Assembly (NCBI GenBank): GCA_964016885.1
Contig: OZ024742.1
Location: forward strand, 300,762,001-300,826,000
Source of the DNA: Eledone cirrhosa
Lineage: Eukaryota
Reading direction: 5' to 3'
DNA: 64,000 nt
Positions 17,283 through 30,519 of the stretch are shown piece after piece. The notes below the pieces were generated by a model. That model saw nothing but the letters and a program-made list of their open reading frames with translations. It searched no databases and had not been told where the DNA came from. Each line of letters starts with the position of its first letter. Position 1 is the first letter of the stretch. A program made the translations under genes and the position numbers.

Positions 17283-17639
17283 CTATATAGAGAATACTTA
17301 CAGTGTTAAGCTGCAGTATTTAAATACAGACATTTTTATTACAATCAATAAATTTTGTTAATTATTTAAAGTTCCTACAGGCACAGGACAAATGATGGTA
17401 AGACAAATTCTAGCAATATTACCTCATTTTCTATGATATAGTTGCTATATGTTTCATTCTTTGGAAGACTGTCATTAAGGTCTGAAACACAAGACATAGA
17501 TACTGTTACATTAAACATAACAACATACACCATGTATTATCTCACAATACAACAACCGCCACATAGGTTATATGTTATCCCATAACATATCAAAGATTAG
17601 ACACTCTTGAATCCCATTAGTAGTAGTAGTTACATTGCT

Positions 17640-18660
17640 TTTCTTCTGAACAATGATTTAGCTTTGCGATCCACACACATATCAACGAGTTACTCTTCTA
17701 AGTGAGATTCAATATCTGCATTTTCTATTTCCAAATCAAATGGGATAACAATCCAGTCTGGTACATCCATTTTCTCCAAGTCCTTAAAATGTATTTTAAA
17801 GTCTTCTCTTAATTTTTGAATGTGCTTTATATATATATATATATATATATATATCTCCAAATCACAGTCTGAAATGTTTTCATCTTCTTCCAAATGATGT
17901 AAGTTTGGAAGGTATTTAAATTCTTTACATGTCAATGAAGATTTAAATAGCCCTGTTTTGACTTGAAAACTTAGTATTGTTTGGGCTTGAATAATTGTAA
18001 TATCTTTACCTTGCAGATATTTCTATACTTCATTAAATTTTGAATATAGGTCTACCAAATAGAACAGATTGTTCTTACACATTTTCAACTCGCCACATAG
18101 TAATGGGTCCACATCCGTAAGAAATTCCACAGTTGAGCCATACAAGCCAACCAGTCTTTGCAAGCTATCACCTCTTGACAACCACCTTAACCCAGTGTAC
18201 AAAAGTAATTGGTTCAAAGTTTCATCATTTTTTTTCACATAACATTGCAAAAAGTTGAAAATAAAGTGAGTGGGCTTTAATTTTATTGATAGATATTCTC
18301 ATTAGCATTTAAACCAGCCATATTTGGCCAGAATTCTCTCATCTCTTTCTCTTCAAACCGGCCATAAGTGGCTGTTCATATTTATGTTAAGGTATTGTTC
18401 TCAAAATAAATATCAAAACCTCATAGATTCGATATTATGTGAGATAATTATTTGAAATAAAGTGTTTGCTGTGAAAATACAATAATAAATATAGAGTAAT
18501 GTAAATGCTAAAGGGTTAAGGCATCATGTAGTTCATCACTGAGTTTTTTTGGCTACAAGATGGTGTCTGTATAAAACACAATGAACAGTACGTACATTAG
18601 GATCCTTTTTCTCGATCATGGTGATGGTAAACACCCAGATGTAATAACCCTCTTCCCATT
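17640..18660 (-). mobile_element. Decayed hAT (Buster/Charlie/SCAND3-like) transposase fragment, interrupted by a MITE
   Basis: Minus-strand peptides PNVRTVHCVLYRHHLVAK (degenerate CxxH motif), LLLYTGLRWLSRGDSLQRL (RW motif) and FKDLEKMDVPDWIVIPF, with stops and frameshifts. Confidence 0.75.
18301..18519. mobile_element. piggyBac-type MITE copy (left end truncated)
   Basis: Same ~230-bp sequence as 20762, 27417 and 40942. Ends TAAATGCTAAAGGG-TTAA. Confidence 0.7.
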
Positions 18661-18695
18661 CAAGAGAGGCAAATCCCTGATAGAATAACACTCAC

Positions 18696-18828
18696 TCTTA
18701 TTTGTCTGCCGTACAAAGTAAGTACTGTAACCAAGTGGTGGAAGTGAGGCAAGGAAAACAAGTTCATGAGTTGCAATTGATGTTTCTCTCTCTGGTAAAC
18801 TTCTCGTCTCTTGTGTGATTGGAATAAT
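18696..18828 (-). CDS. MAN2B1: Lysosomal alpha-mannosidase (GH38) exon
   Basis: ttctag/gtgag boundaries, 133 nt. IIPITQETRSLPERETSIATHELVFLASLPPLGYSTYFVRQTNK matches the family ELxFxASLPxLGFSTY block. Confidence 0.9.
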
Positions 18829-18835
18829 CTAGAAA

Positions 18836-19150
18836 GAATATGCAGAAGGTATGTATTAATAGACATTTATTTCAGCCTATTGATTATGCAGAAGATATGC
18901 ATTGGTAGACATTTATTTCAACCTATTTATTATGCAGAAGATATGTATTGGTAGACATTTATTTCAGCCTATTGATTATGCAGAAGATATGTATTGGTAG
19001 ACATTTATTTCAACCTATTTATTATACAGAAGATATGTATTGGCAGACATTTATTTCAACCTATTGATTATGCAGAAGATATTATTTCAGTCTACTTATT
19101 ATCCAGAAGATATGTATTAGTAGACATTTATTTTCAGCTTATTTATTATT
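18836..19150. repeat. ~38-bp minisatellite, ~8 copies
   Basis: TATGCAGAAGATATGTATTGGTAGACATTTATTTCAACCTATT repeated directly beside the exon acceptor. Confidence 0.9.
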
Positions 19151-19734
19151 ATTCCAGTTTATTTATCTGGTATCTCTAATGATTGAGGCTACAGTTAAAA
19201 TGATACATTTAGGTGCTGCCCATTACAATGAAATATGAACTATAAGCCAGGCATGTGAAACTTTTTTTCGAGTAGTAGGCTATATGGGATGTGGCTCAGC
19301 ATATGTCAGGCTGCATTAGTAAAAAATTCAAAGCAATTTTGAAATTAGGTGTGCTATTCAGAAAGCCACAGTTTGCCTATAGCCATAGGCCATTTATATG
19401 CTTAGTTTTCTTTTTATTTTTGTGCAGCACATCTGGGGAAAACTTAATTTATACAAGATAATTCTTAGAATGTTATATACAACTCAAAACTGATTGGCTA
19501 TATTGATAAAAGCACATAATGTATGTTAATTATCAGGTGCATCTATTTAACCATTATTTGGAGCAAATAGCAGAAATTCCTTCCTCAAATGAAATGAGGT
19601 GGAAATTGGAAGTTGCTGGTGTCAAACTAACTAGTCCAGCCTTCTACTAGATCCAATGAACCAAATTTAGAAGTACAAACATCTACACAAGTACCATGCT
19701 GCAGTGAAACTGGAATGTGATGCACCAAATTATA

Positions 19735-20373
19735 TCATCATCATCACCATCATCATTTTACGTCCGCTTGCAAGGGTGGGACGGACCCTCTTCAGCACAG
19801 CATCCCTCCATTCATCACGGTCCTTCATGATGGTCCTCTGTGAGATTCAGCGATCTGAGATCAGCTCACACAACCTTCGCCCATATTTTTGTCATGTTCC
19901 TCTACTGTGTCTTCCTTCCTTCCACCGGGATATCTTTACACTTCTTCACACAGCGGTCATCTTCCATGCGCATCACATGGCCATACCAGTGTTCTCTCCT
20001 GTACACTACAGTTTATTCCTCATATACAGTTTCACTCACAACTCATCCATACTTGGTCATTCATGCACATTGACATTGCACATCCATCAGAGCATGGTTG
20101 CTTTTTTTTTCTCTCCAGACTTCATATATCCTCCGCAGTTGCTGCCCATGTCTCACTACCATGCAGCATCGTGCATCTCACACAAGCATCATACAACCGA
20201 CCTTTTGTTTGTAGAGAGAAACCCTTCATTGTTAACAGAGGAAGCAGCTCCCTAAACTTCTTCCATTCTGTCCTTATTCTAGATACTATGGCCTCGGAGC
20301 ATCTTCCTCCCTTGCTAATCTGATCACCTAGGTACCAGAAGCTATCAACCACCTCTATAGATCCTACCTGCAT
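19735..20373 (-). mobile_element. RTE-clade LINE 3' fragment
   Basis: Peptide EVVDSFWYLGDQISKGGRCSEAIVSRIR...KGRLYDACVRCTMLHGSETWA and a (GAT)n tail. Paralogous to 49849 and 62063. Confidence 0.85.
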
Positions 20374-20625
20374 AGGTATGTAGATGACCCTCCCCAAGTA
20401 TAACAATATATATATATATATGTACGTAGAGTTTGGAATGGTTGAGATAAAAATGTTTGTAAAGGTATTTCAATATATATATGGCCATCATCATCATCAT
20501 CATCATGTTATTCCCTTCATGTGTGAACTATCAGCCAAAACAAATCTACATGAAACCTTTCATTATATGATTGTATTCCTGTTTACCTTATGCTGCACTT
20601 TACCCATAAAATATTATCTACTCAC

Positions 20626-20745
20626 CTGTACAGGTATCTTGTCATTTTTTGCATCAAGCACCTTGAAAGCCTTCTGTGGTGTTATAGGTATTCTTACCCA
20701 ATGGGTCCGTCTTTGTGCTCTGGGGTTGTAGATTGCTACAAGGAA
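20626..20745 (-). CDS. MAN2B1: Lysosomal alpha-mannosidase exon
   Basis: tttcag/gtgag, 120 nt. FLVAIYNPRAQRRTHWVRIPITPQKAFKVLDAKNDKIPVQ contains the YNP...VRxP motif. Confidence 0.92.
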
Positions 20746-20761
20746 CTGAAATAAATGGAAT

Positions 20762-20990
20762 TTAACCCTTTAGTGTTCAAACTGGCCAAAACTGCCCAGA
20801 ATTCTATACCTCTTTCTGTTGAAACTGGCTGTAACTGGTTGTTCAAACTGATGTTAAGGTATTGTTCTCAAAATAAATACTTTCAAAATCTCATAGATTC
20901 GATATTATGTGAAATAATTATACGAGGAAAAGCTTTTACCATGAAAATATAATAGTATATATAGAGTAATGTGAATGCTAAAGGGTTAAA
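20762..20990. mobile_element. piggyBac-type MITE, full length
   Basis: TTAA-CCCTTTAG ... CTAAAGGG-TTAA: terminal inverted repeats with TTAA target duplication. Four copies in the window. Confidence 0.8.
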
Positions 20991-21662
20991 TGATATTTTA
21001 ATCACTATGTAGTGGGGACAGTGCATAGGTGTGCTTAAGCACAGGGCCCATTGGCCAGAGGGGCCCATCTTCCTGACAACAACATTTTTTACAATGAATT
21101 TTTCAAATGTTTGGAGCCTCATAACTAGCACAGGGTCTCATTTGTCCTAAATCCGGCATTGAGTGAGGAAAGGTAATTTGTAAAGCAATAACATGATATA
21201 TGAAACCTCTTAGTCCATATTTAATCAAACAACATTGACCCTTTGGTACAATTGGACACATTTACTGTCGCTGTATCATGGCCAAATAGTTATGAAGTTC
21301 TGAGTTTGGTACCATTATGTGTACGATTGAGCAAGTATCATTTACCATAGCCTCAGGTCAGCCAAATCTTTGGTGAACAGAAATAGTGGAAAGCCCATAT
21401 GATGGGTTGTACCAGTAATTCTAAAGTTTAGACTTTTCATATGCTGTGTCATAATTATTCTGCTTGATGATTACTTTCAAGATATAATATCTGTGGAATA
21501 CTCATCACTTGTATGTTAATCCAATGATCAATAGCTGCTAGTTTAGTTTATGTAACAACTGATTACTACATTGTTGAAACCAACAGATATCTATTTGTCA
21601 CATAGTAACACCTGTAGTAGGAAATACTGTACTCTGTCCTTATATAGCTACCACTAAAGAAA

Positions 21663-24600
21663 TGATCTAATGTACCCTGTCTATAGCTACTGCTGTAGCA
21701 GTGATCTAATGTACCCTGTCTATAGCTACTGATGTAGCAATGATCAAATGTACCCTGTCTATAGCTACTGCTGTAGCAGTGATCTGATGTACCCTGTCTA
21801 TAGCTACTGCTGTAGCAGTGATCTGATGTACCCTGTCTATAGCTACTGCTGTAGCAGTGATCTGATGTACCCTGTCTATAGCTACTGCTGTAGCAGTGAT
21901 CTAATGTACCCTGTCTATAGCTACTGATGTTGTATTAATCTTATGTATCCTGTCTAAACTGCAACTAAAGAAGTGATCTAATGTACCCTGTCTATAGCTA
22001 CTGCTGTAGCAGTGATCTGATGTACCCTGTCTATAGCTACTGCTGTAGCAGTGATCTGATGTACCCTGTCTATAGCTACTGCTGTAGCAGTGATCTGATG
22101 TACCCTGTCTATAACTACTGCTGTAGCAGTGATCTGATGTACCCTGTCTATAACTACTGCTGTAGCAGTGATCTGATGTACCCTGTCTATAGCTACTGCT
22201 GTAGCAGTGATCTGATGTACCCTGTCTATAGCTACTGCTGTAGCAGTGATCTGATGTACCCTGTCTATAGCTACTGCTGTAGCAGTGATCTAATGTACCC
22301 TGTCTATAGCTACTGATGTTGTATTAATCTTATGTATCCTGTCTATAGCTACTGCTGTAGCAGGGATCTGATGTACCCTGTCTATAGCTACTGCTGTAGC
22401 AGTGATCTGATGTACCCTGTCTATAGCTACTGCTGTAGCAGTGATCTGATGTACCCTGTCTATAGCTACTGCTGTAGCAGTGATCTAATGTACCCTGTCT
22501 ATAGCTACTGATGTTGTATTAATCTTATGTATCTTGTCTAAACTGCAACTAAAGAAGTGATCTAATGTACCCTGTCTATAGCTACTGATGTAGCAGTGAT
22601 CTGATGTACCCTGTCTATAGCTACTGCTGTAGCAGTGATCTGATGTACCCTGTCTATAACTACTGCTGTAGCAGTGATCTGATGTACCCTGTCTATAACT
22701 ACTGCTGTAGCAGTGATCTGATGTACCCTGTCTATAGCTACTGCTGTAGCAGTGATCTGATGTACCCTGTCTATAGCTACTGCTGTAGCAGTGATCTGAT
22801 GTACCCTGTCTATAGCTACTGCTGTAGCAGTGATCTAATGTACCCTGTCTATAGCTACTGATGTTGTATTAATCTTATGTATCCTGTCTATAGCTACTGC
22901 TGTAGCAGGGATCTGATGTACCCTGTCTATAGCTACTGCTGTAGCAGTGATCTGATGTACCCTGTCTATAGCTACTGCTGTAGCAGTGATCTGATGTACC
23001 CTGTCTATAACTACTGCTGTAGCAGTGATCTGATGTACCCTGTCTATAGCTACTGCTGTAGCAGTGATCTGATGTACCCTGTCTATAGCTACTGCTGTAG
23101 CAGTGATCTAATGTACCCTGTCTATAGCTACTGCTGTAGCAGTGATCTGATGTACCCTGTCTATAGCTACTGCTGTAGCAGTGATCTAATGTACCCTGTC
23201 TATAGCTACTGATGTAGCAGTGATCTTATGTACCCTGTCTATAGCTACTGATGTAGCAGTGATCTGATGTACCCTGTCTATAGCTACTGCTGTAGCAGTG
23301 ATCTGATTTACCCTGTCTATAGCTACTGCTGTAGCAGGGATCTGATGTACCCTGTCTATAGCTACTGCTGTAGCAGTGATCTAATGTACCCTGTCTATAG
23401 CTACTGCTGTAGCAGGGATCTGATGTACCCTGTCTATAGCTACTGCTGTAGCAGTGATCTAATGTACCCTGTCTATAGCTACTGCTGTAGCAGTGATCTA
23501 ATGTACCCTGTCTATAGCTACTGATGTTGTATTAATCTTATGTATCCTGTCTAAACTGCAACTAAAGAAGTGATCTGATGTACCCTGTCTATAGCTACTG
23601 ATGTAGCAGTGATCTGATGTACCCTGTCTATAGCTACTGCTGTAGCAGTGATCTAATGTACCCTGTCTATAGCTACTGCTGTAGCAGTGATCTAATGTAC
23701 CCTGTCTATAGCTACTGATGTTGTATTAATCTTATGTATCCTGTCTAAACTGCAACTAAAGAAGTGATCTAATGTACCCTGTCTATAGCTACTGATGTAG
23801 CAGTGATCTGATGTACCCTGTCTATAGCTACTGCTGTAGCAGTGATCTGATGTACCCTGTCTATAGCTACTGCTGTAGCAGTGATCTGATGTACCCTGTC
23901 TATAGCTACTGATGTAGCAGTGATCTTATGTACCCTGTCTATAGCTACTGATGTAGCAGTGATCTGATGTACCCTGTCTATAGCTACTGATGTAGCAGTG
24001 ATCTGATGTACCCTGTCTATAGCTACTGCTGTAGCAGTGATCTGATGTACCCTGTCTATAACTACTGCTGTAGCAGTGATCTGATGCACCCTGTCTATAG
24101 CTACTGCTGTAGCAGTGATCTGATGCACCCTGTCTATAGCTACTGCTGTAGCAGTGATCTGATGTACCCTGTCTATAGCTACTGCTGTAGCAGTGATCTG
24201 ATGTACCCTGTCTATAGCTACTGCTGTAGCAGTGATCTAATGTACCCTGTCTATAGCTACTGCTGTAGCAGTGATCTAATGTACCCTGTCTATAGCTACT
24301 GATGTTGTATTAATCTTATGTATCCTGTCTATAGCTACTGCTGTAGCAGTGATCTTATGTACCCTGTCTATAGCTACTGCTGTAGCAGTGATCTGATGTA
24401 CCCTGTCTATAGCTACTGCTGTAGCAGTGATCTGATGTACCCTGTCTATAGCTACTGCTGTAGCAGTGATCTAATGTACCCTGTCTATAGCTACTGATGT
24501 TGTATTAATCTTATGTATCCTGTCTATAGCTACTGCTGTAGCAGTGATCTGATGTACCCTGTCTATAGCTACTGCTGTAGCAGTGATCTGATTTATCCTG

Positions 24601-25808
24601 TCTATAGCTACTGCTGTAGCAGTGATCTGATGTACCCTGTCTATAGCTACTGCTGTAGCAGTGATCTGATGTACCCTGTCTATAGCTACTGCTGTAGCAG
24701 TGATCTGATGTACCCTGTCTATAGCTACTGCTGTAGCAGTGATCTGATGTACCCTGTCTATAGCTACTGCTGTAGCAGTGATCTGATGTACCCTGTCTAT
24801 AGCTACTGCTGTAGCAGTGATCTGATGTACCCTGTCTATAGCTACTGATGTTGTATTAATCTTATGTATCCTGTCTAAACTGCAACTAAAGAAGTGATCT
24901 TATGTACCCTGTCTATAGCTACTGCTGTAGCAGTGATCTGATGTACCCTGTCTATAGCTACTGATGTTGTATTAATCTTATGTATCCTGTCTAAACTGCA
25001 ACTAAAGAAGTGATCTTATGTACCCTGTCTATAGCTACTGATGTAGCAGTGATCTGATGTACCCTGTCTATAGCTACTGCTGTAGCAGTGATCTGATGTA
25101 CCCTGTCTATAGCTACTGCTGTAGCAGTGATCTGATGTACCCTGTCTATAGCTACTGATGTAGCAGTGATCTTATGTACCCTGTCTATAGCTACTGATGT
25201 AGCAGTGATCTGATGTACCCTGTCTATAGCTACTGATGTAGCAGTGATCTGATTTACCCTGTCTATAGCTACTGCTGTAGCAGGGATCTGATGTACCCTG
25301 TCTATAGCTACTGCTGTAGCAGTGATCTGATGTACCCTGTCTATAGCTACTGCTGTAGCAGGGATCTAATGTACCCTGTCTATAGCTACTGATGTTGTAT
25401 TAATCTTATGTATCCTGTCTAAACTGCAACTAAAGAAGTGATCTTATGTACCCTGTCTATAGCTACTGCTGTAGCAGTGATCTGATGTACCCTGTCTATA
25501 ACTACTGCTGTAGCAGTGATCTAATGTACCCTGTCTATAGCTACTGCTGTAGCAGTTATCTGATGTACCCTGTCTATAGCTACTGCTGTAGCAGTGATCT
25601 GATGTACCCTGTCTATAGCTACTGCTGTAGCAGTGATCTGATGTACCCTGTCTATGGCTACTGATGTAGTAGTGATCTGATGTACCCTGTCTATAGCTAC
25701 TGCTGTAGCAGTGATCTGATGTACCCTGTCTATGGCTACTGATGTAGCAGTGATCTGATGTACCCTGTCTATGGCTACTGATGTAGTAGTGATCTGATGT
25801 ACCCTGTC
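21663..25808. repeat. 39-bp tandem satellite, ~106 copies
   Basis: Consensus TGATGTACCCTGTCTATAGCTACTGCTGTAGCAGTGATC, with a recurring divergent monomer (GATGTTGTATTAATCTTATGTATCCTGTCTAAACTGCAACTAAAGAAG). Confidence 0.99.
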
Positions 25809-25952
25809 CAGAATTTTGAGAAAATACAAGTTAATCATAGAAAGTTTGAGAAAATACAAATTAATTAATATTAATGAACAAGTGGTAAAAGCTGTATGTG
25901 TTTACTTGAATACCAACAACTAGGCGCTGTCAGCAGTGGTAGATGAACTTAC

Positions 25953-26072
25953 AGTATCAGATGTTTCTGTAATGAAACAAGATGATATATTCAGTTGGTT
26001 ACAAAACGCCATGTTTCCATAAAATTTAGTTTTGATAGGCAACCATTTCTTGTATGCATTTCTGAGAACATT
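25953..26072 (-). CDS. MAN2B1: Lysosomal alpha-mannosidase exon
   Basis: ttccag/gtaag, 120 nt. NVLRNAYKKWLPIKTKFYGNMAFCNQLNISSCFITETSDT contains the CxxLNISxC motif. Confidence 0.92.
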
Positions 26073-26186
26073 CTGGAATAGAGTTAAGAATATAGTGAGA
26101 TTGACATAGATTTTGCATGTATCTATATTTGTCTGAGTATATATATATATATATACTCCACTATATATATACTATATATATATAGT

Positions 26187-26330
26187 GGAGGCACATGGCT
26201 TAGTGGTTAGAGCATTGGGCTTGCAATTGAAAGGTTGTGAGTTCAATTCTCAGACCGGGTGATGTGTTGTTTCCTTGAGCAAGACACTTTATTTCACATT
26301 GCTCCAGTTTACTCAGCTGTAGAAATGAGA
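26187..26330 (+). mobile_element. tRNA-derived SINE, family 2 (CORE-like central domain)
   Basis: A-box TGGCTTAGTGG, B-box GTTCAATTC, then CCTTGAGCAAGACACTT. Relatives at 36793, 37690, 37927 and 30520 (minus). Confidence 0.75.
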
Positions 26331-26349
26331 TGATAGGACTGGAGTCCCT

Positions 26350-26571
26350 ATCATTCCACTGCAAAGTGGTTGTGGAGGTGCCACGGCAAAAAAAGCACCC
26401 AGCCCACACTATAAAGTGGACGTGTAGGCGCCATGGAAAAAAAGCACCCAGCACTCACTGTAAATGAGGTTGGTGTTAGGAAGGGCATCCAGCTATAGAA
26501 ATCAAGCCAGAATCAGTTCCCGTCCCACCCTTGTAAGCAGGGAAAAGCGGACGTAAAATGATGATGATGAT
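26350..26571 (+). mobile_element. RTE LINE 3'-UTR fragment with (GAT)n tail
   Basis: Matches the 3' part of the RTE copy at 42535-43241 and the copies at 52745 and 55300. Confidence 0.7.
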
Positions 26572-26859
26572 ATATGTATATATATATATATATACACTAA
26601 TATAATTCATTCAAGAACATCATTCGTTATTACCAAATTTCTTACCATGTTAATTAAAATATATTTATTTAGGGCCAAAAATAGTTCCATTCTCCCAATC
26701 ATTACTGAAAACCTACACAAAAACTTCATGAACAAATTATTTAAATACAAATTATAAATAAAAAAATAAATGCATTTCATAAATACAATGTAATAATTGT
26801 GGAATAACATTATTGAATTATCAGAATAAATAAACAAAAGAAAGAATTCACTTTCAATG

Positions 26860-27245
26860 TACTCTCAGGTCTTGAATAATCGTCCCGCTTCCTTACCTCC
26901 GCTTATTAATTTTTCAGATTTTTTCACCTCACCCACACACCTGCTTATCAAATTTGTCTAATCTATCTCCGGCAACAATTAATTTTCTTTATGCATTAAA
27001 AAACCATTATATATGACAGAAAAAAGTACATTATTAGAAATCCCATACATTATGAAATAAATAGGATGGATTGGAGTCTTAATATGTAAACTAAATGACT
27101 AATTCTGTTTTTTTTTAACTACTCATCAGAGCCAACCTAGAAAAATCACTGATTTTTCACCCATCCCTCCTCCCACTTATTGCACCCAACCCTCACCCCT
27201 ACCCTGCTTATTCTACTCCACCCTATTATTTAGAACCCGAGAGTA
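26860..27245. mobile_element. Probable non-autonomous DNA transposon (TA-flanked, imperfect TIRs)
   Basis: TACTCTCAGGTCTTGAATAAT ... ATTATTTAGAACCCGAGAGTA. A similar right end lies at ~40690-40715. Confidence 0.5.
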
Positions 27246-27416
27246 ACAATGTTTACTTCCATTTTCTTCGCTTCATAGTAATCTTCATAGTAATAGAAAA
27301 TATATATATATTATCAATTCATAGTTGTAGAAATGACATTGTGTGCCTCTATACAATGTATGACATCAACCTGTGCATGGTGGCTCGATGTGCGAGAAAT
27401 AGTAGTCAGGTCTCCT

Positions 27417-29294
27417 TTAACCCTTTAGCATGTAAACCGGCCGTATTTGGCCAGAATTCTCTCACCTCTTTCTGTCCAAACCAGCTGTAACGGGCCGCTC
27501 ATACTGATGTTAAGGTATTGTTCTTAACATAAATGATATCAAAATTTCATAGATTCGATATTATGTGTGATAATGGTGCTACTCCGGAGCAGTGGAAAAC
27601 TGCCAGTGTCATTCCCCTGTTCAAAAAGGGCAACCGCATGTCACCTGTCAACTATCGTCCAGTCAGTCTTACTAGCTGTATGGCCAAACTGATGGAATCC
27701 TGTGTCAGAGAAACACTTTGGAACTTCTGGAGCTCTCACAGCCTCATCCGGCCCTCACAGTTTGGATTTATCCCTAGCTCCAGCTGCTGTGATCAGCTTA
27801 TCGAGTTCCTTGAGGACATCACCCGGATCACTGACAGCGGCTCATGGTTGGATGTTGTTTACCTTGACTTTGCTAAGGCTTTTAATTCTGTGCCACACAA
27901 AAGACTTATGGCAAAACTTTCTGCAATGGGTGTGAGGGATGATCTTTTCAACTGGTTGAAATCCTTCATTCTCAGCCGAAAAGAAGTAGTCACGGTTCTA
28001 GGACAGCATTCTTCACCATATGAGATGTCATCTGGTGTACCACAGGGATCTGTTCTTGGTCCTCTTTTGTTTGTGGCATATATTAATGACATAGATGCCA
28101 ACTTACAGAATGCCACGGTACTAAAATATGCAGATGACATCAAGCTGTACCTTGAAATCAAAAGGACTGATCCTGAAATTTACAACTCTTTCCTACAATC
28201 AGACCTGGACACAATGCAGCAATGGATCACAGACTGGCAACTGAAGCTGGCTGTGGACAAGTGTACCACCATGCATTTTGGAAGGAAAAATCCAGCGTCC
28301 ACATACTCCCTCCACAACACTGATATCAAAAAGTCCTCTTGTGAACGTGACCTGGGCATTACTGTCAGCAACGATTTGCGTTGGACAAAGCATGTCTCTA
28401 AGATTGTCAAGAAGGCCGAGGGTGTCTTGGCATCACTCAGCAAGACCTTTGTTAGCCGCTCTCCAGCCATCTATTTAAAACTGTATACAGCTATGGTGCG
28501 ACCATACTTGGAATTCACATCATCAGTCTGGAACCCCTATCTTGCTCGGAACATTGACCTCCTGGAAACTGTTCAGAGACGTGCAACCAAGCGCATACCC
28601 TCCATCAGACACCTACCATACTCTGAACGCCTTGCTTCCCTGGGCATGGATTCATTGAAGCTCCGACGTCTGGCAATGGACTTGGTGAATACCCACAAAG
28701 TTTTTAACCATCTCGCCAATTGCAACCCTGAGCGCCTCTTTGATCTCCATGTGTCTAACACACGTGGACATGCCTACAAGATCAGAAAACAGCACAGCTC
28801 CCATGACTTTCATAGACATTTTTTCACGCTCAGAGTTGCTGAAGCATGGAACAAACTGCCTGCGTCAATTGTTAGCTGCCGAGACACTGCATCCTTTAAG
28901 ACACTCATGCTTCCCGAAATACGCCCAAACTACACCTGATGTACCCCTTCCATACACATGCACACATGTGTGTATCATGACTCGTGCACTTTTCATTTTA
29001 CTGATGTTTGTGCATTGCCCTATGTACTGTACATGCACTTTTTTGATGAGTTGTGGTGCACCTGGGCACTGTACACAATATTTCATTATTGTTATTGTTA
29101 TTATATCATGACTCATACACTGTTCATTTTCCTGACATTTGTACATTATTCTATGTACTATACATGCACCTTTGATGAGTTGTAGTGCACCTGAGCACTG
29201 TACACAATAATGTCATTATTATAATTATTATAATTACGTGAGGTAAAGCCTTTACCATGAAAATATAATAGTATATAGAGAGTAATGTAAATGC
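27417..29294. mobile_element. piggyBac-type MITE split by a CR1 LINE insertion
   Basis: Left part 27417-27574 starts TTAACCCTTTAGCA. Right part resumes at ~29230 (ATAATTACGTGAGG). The joined sequence matches the copy at 40942. Confidence 0.8.
27575..29230 (+). mobile_element. 5'-truncated CR1-group LINE with uninterrupted RT frame (stop at 28939) and 3' UTR
   Basis: WKTASVIPLFKKG, NYRPVSLTS, YLDFAKAF, GVPQGSVLGPLLF, KYADD and a C-terminal TRGH...FFTLRV..WN.LP. The 3' UTR is tandemly duplicated and ends in a (TAT)n tail. Confidence 0.93.
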
Positions 29295-29583
29295 ACCATC
29301 TTAAAAGCAAGGAATACACATTACAAAATGTATACATAGAGATAATGACGTGTTGGTCACGTGTGGAAGGCTTTTGATATTATTTTTGTCTGATCACTTA
29401 TCAATTGACTTTGAGGGAGACAACATTCACATCTTCAATTTAAAGATAACTGCCAAGATTTAAAACTATGTTGGGAAAGAGTTACTCCCCATGACAAACT
29501 TTCGTTTTTTTTTTTGTTTTTTTTACTCCTCCCCAAAAATTATTGGCCATGGACCTAAATTAGATATCAATTATAAGGAGCTA

Positions 29584-29772
29584 AGGGCGGTGGATTGGAA
29601 GTATCGGTAGAGGGTCGGACGCCATGCTTTCCAGCATAGTTACGTCCCTTTACGATCTGAGTTCAAATCCCGCCGAGGTTGACTTTGCCTTTCATCCTTA
29701 CGGGGTCGATAAAATAAAGTACCAGTAATGCACTGGGTAATTGCTGGCCTTGTGCCTAAAGTAGAAACAATT
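29584..29772 (+). mobile_element. tRNA-derived SINE, family 1 (Meta-domain-like), with target-site duplication
   Basis: B-box GAGTTCAAATCC, then GCCTTTCATCCTTACGGGGTCGATAAAATAAAGTACCAG. Flanked by the direct repeat CAATTATAAGGAGCTA. Confidence 0.88.
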
Positions 29773-29864
29773 ATAAGGAGCTACCCCAAACATTGAGGTA
29801 CATAGCTTTCATAAGAAAAAGCATTATGAAGACATTATATAAAGAGTTACTCCCCTTTACGTAC

Positions 29865-29934
29865 CTGACAACTATTTATTCCAAATGCCAGTCTTCGACG
29901 GTAATCATTGTCCACTTGTTGCTTCGCTGTCCCT
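29865..29934 (-). CDS. MAN2B1: Lysosomal alpha-mannosidase exon
   Basis: atcag/gtacg, 70 nt, phase 2 to 0. GTAKQQVDNDYRRRLAFGINSCQ (GTxKQxVxxDY motif). Confidence 0.93.
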
Positions 29935-30347
29935 CTGATCAAATAGACAGTTTGGAGACAGTTTAGTTAAAAAATACAATTTCTTGACAGTAATTATTAT
30001 TATCGTTAATGATAAATAAATATATACATAGACACATACAAGTACATTGTGGCGAAAGTCAAAAATCATTTTCTTTTCTTCCATTATATTTTCTAGTCTA
30101 ATATTTTTATGTATTTATCTTTGTTTTGATCGAAAGACAGCCGTATATTTTCCTATCCATTCTTTATTTTGTTATCATCTCACATGCATCTTATCAACAG
30201 AATGGGTCTCTATTTTTGTTGTACAAACTGGCATTACAAGTTCAGTACTACCTTCATGTGTGAAATTGAATCCTAACAAGGTGGCTGGTGAAGTAGACAC
30301 GCAATTGTCTGTTCGTCTTATATAACTGATTTTCTGTGTATTTTCTG

Positions 30348-30397
<50 letters not shown>

Positions 30398-30519
30398 CGC
30401 ATTTATTTATAAATTAAATAATATATATGTGCATTAATAACATTACAAATTGCTCACAGTTCTTTCAGAATATTACAAATATAATGTCGTTGATAACAGT
30501 GTGACACATCAGTTCTCGA

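Noticed and set aside
17302-17310. 9-nt AG-GT bounded micro-exon (CTTAACACT)
   Set aside because: It gives an in-frame TAA in the phase required by the upstream exon.
1-25808. Arrays as CRISPR loci
   Set aside because: Units are contiguous with no unique spacers, there are no cas genes, and the context is eukaryotic.
21981-25859. Cys/Tyr-rich ORFs (MYPVYSYCCSSDL)n, or TGA as selenocysteine
   Set aside because: These are satellite translations. The TGC/TGA variation follows monomer variants, and I recognised no exon boundaries or SECIS.
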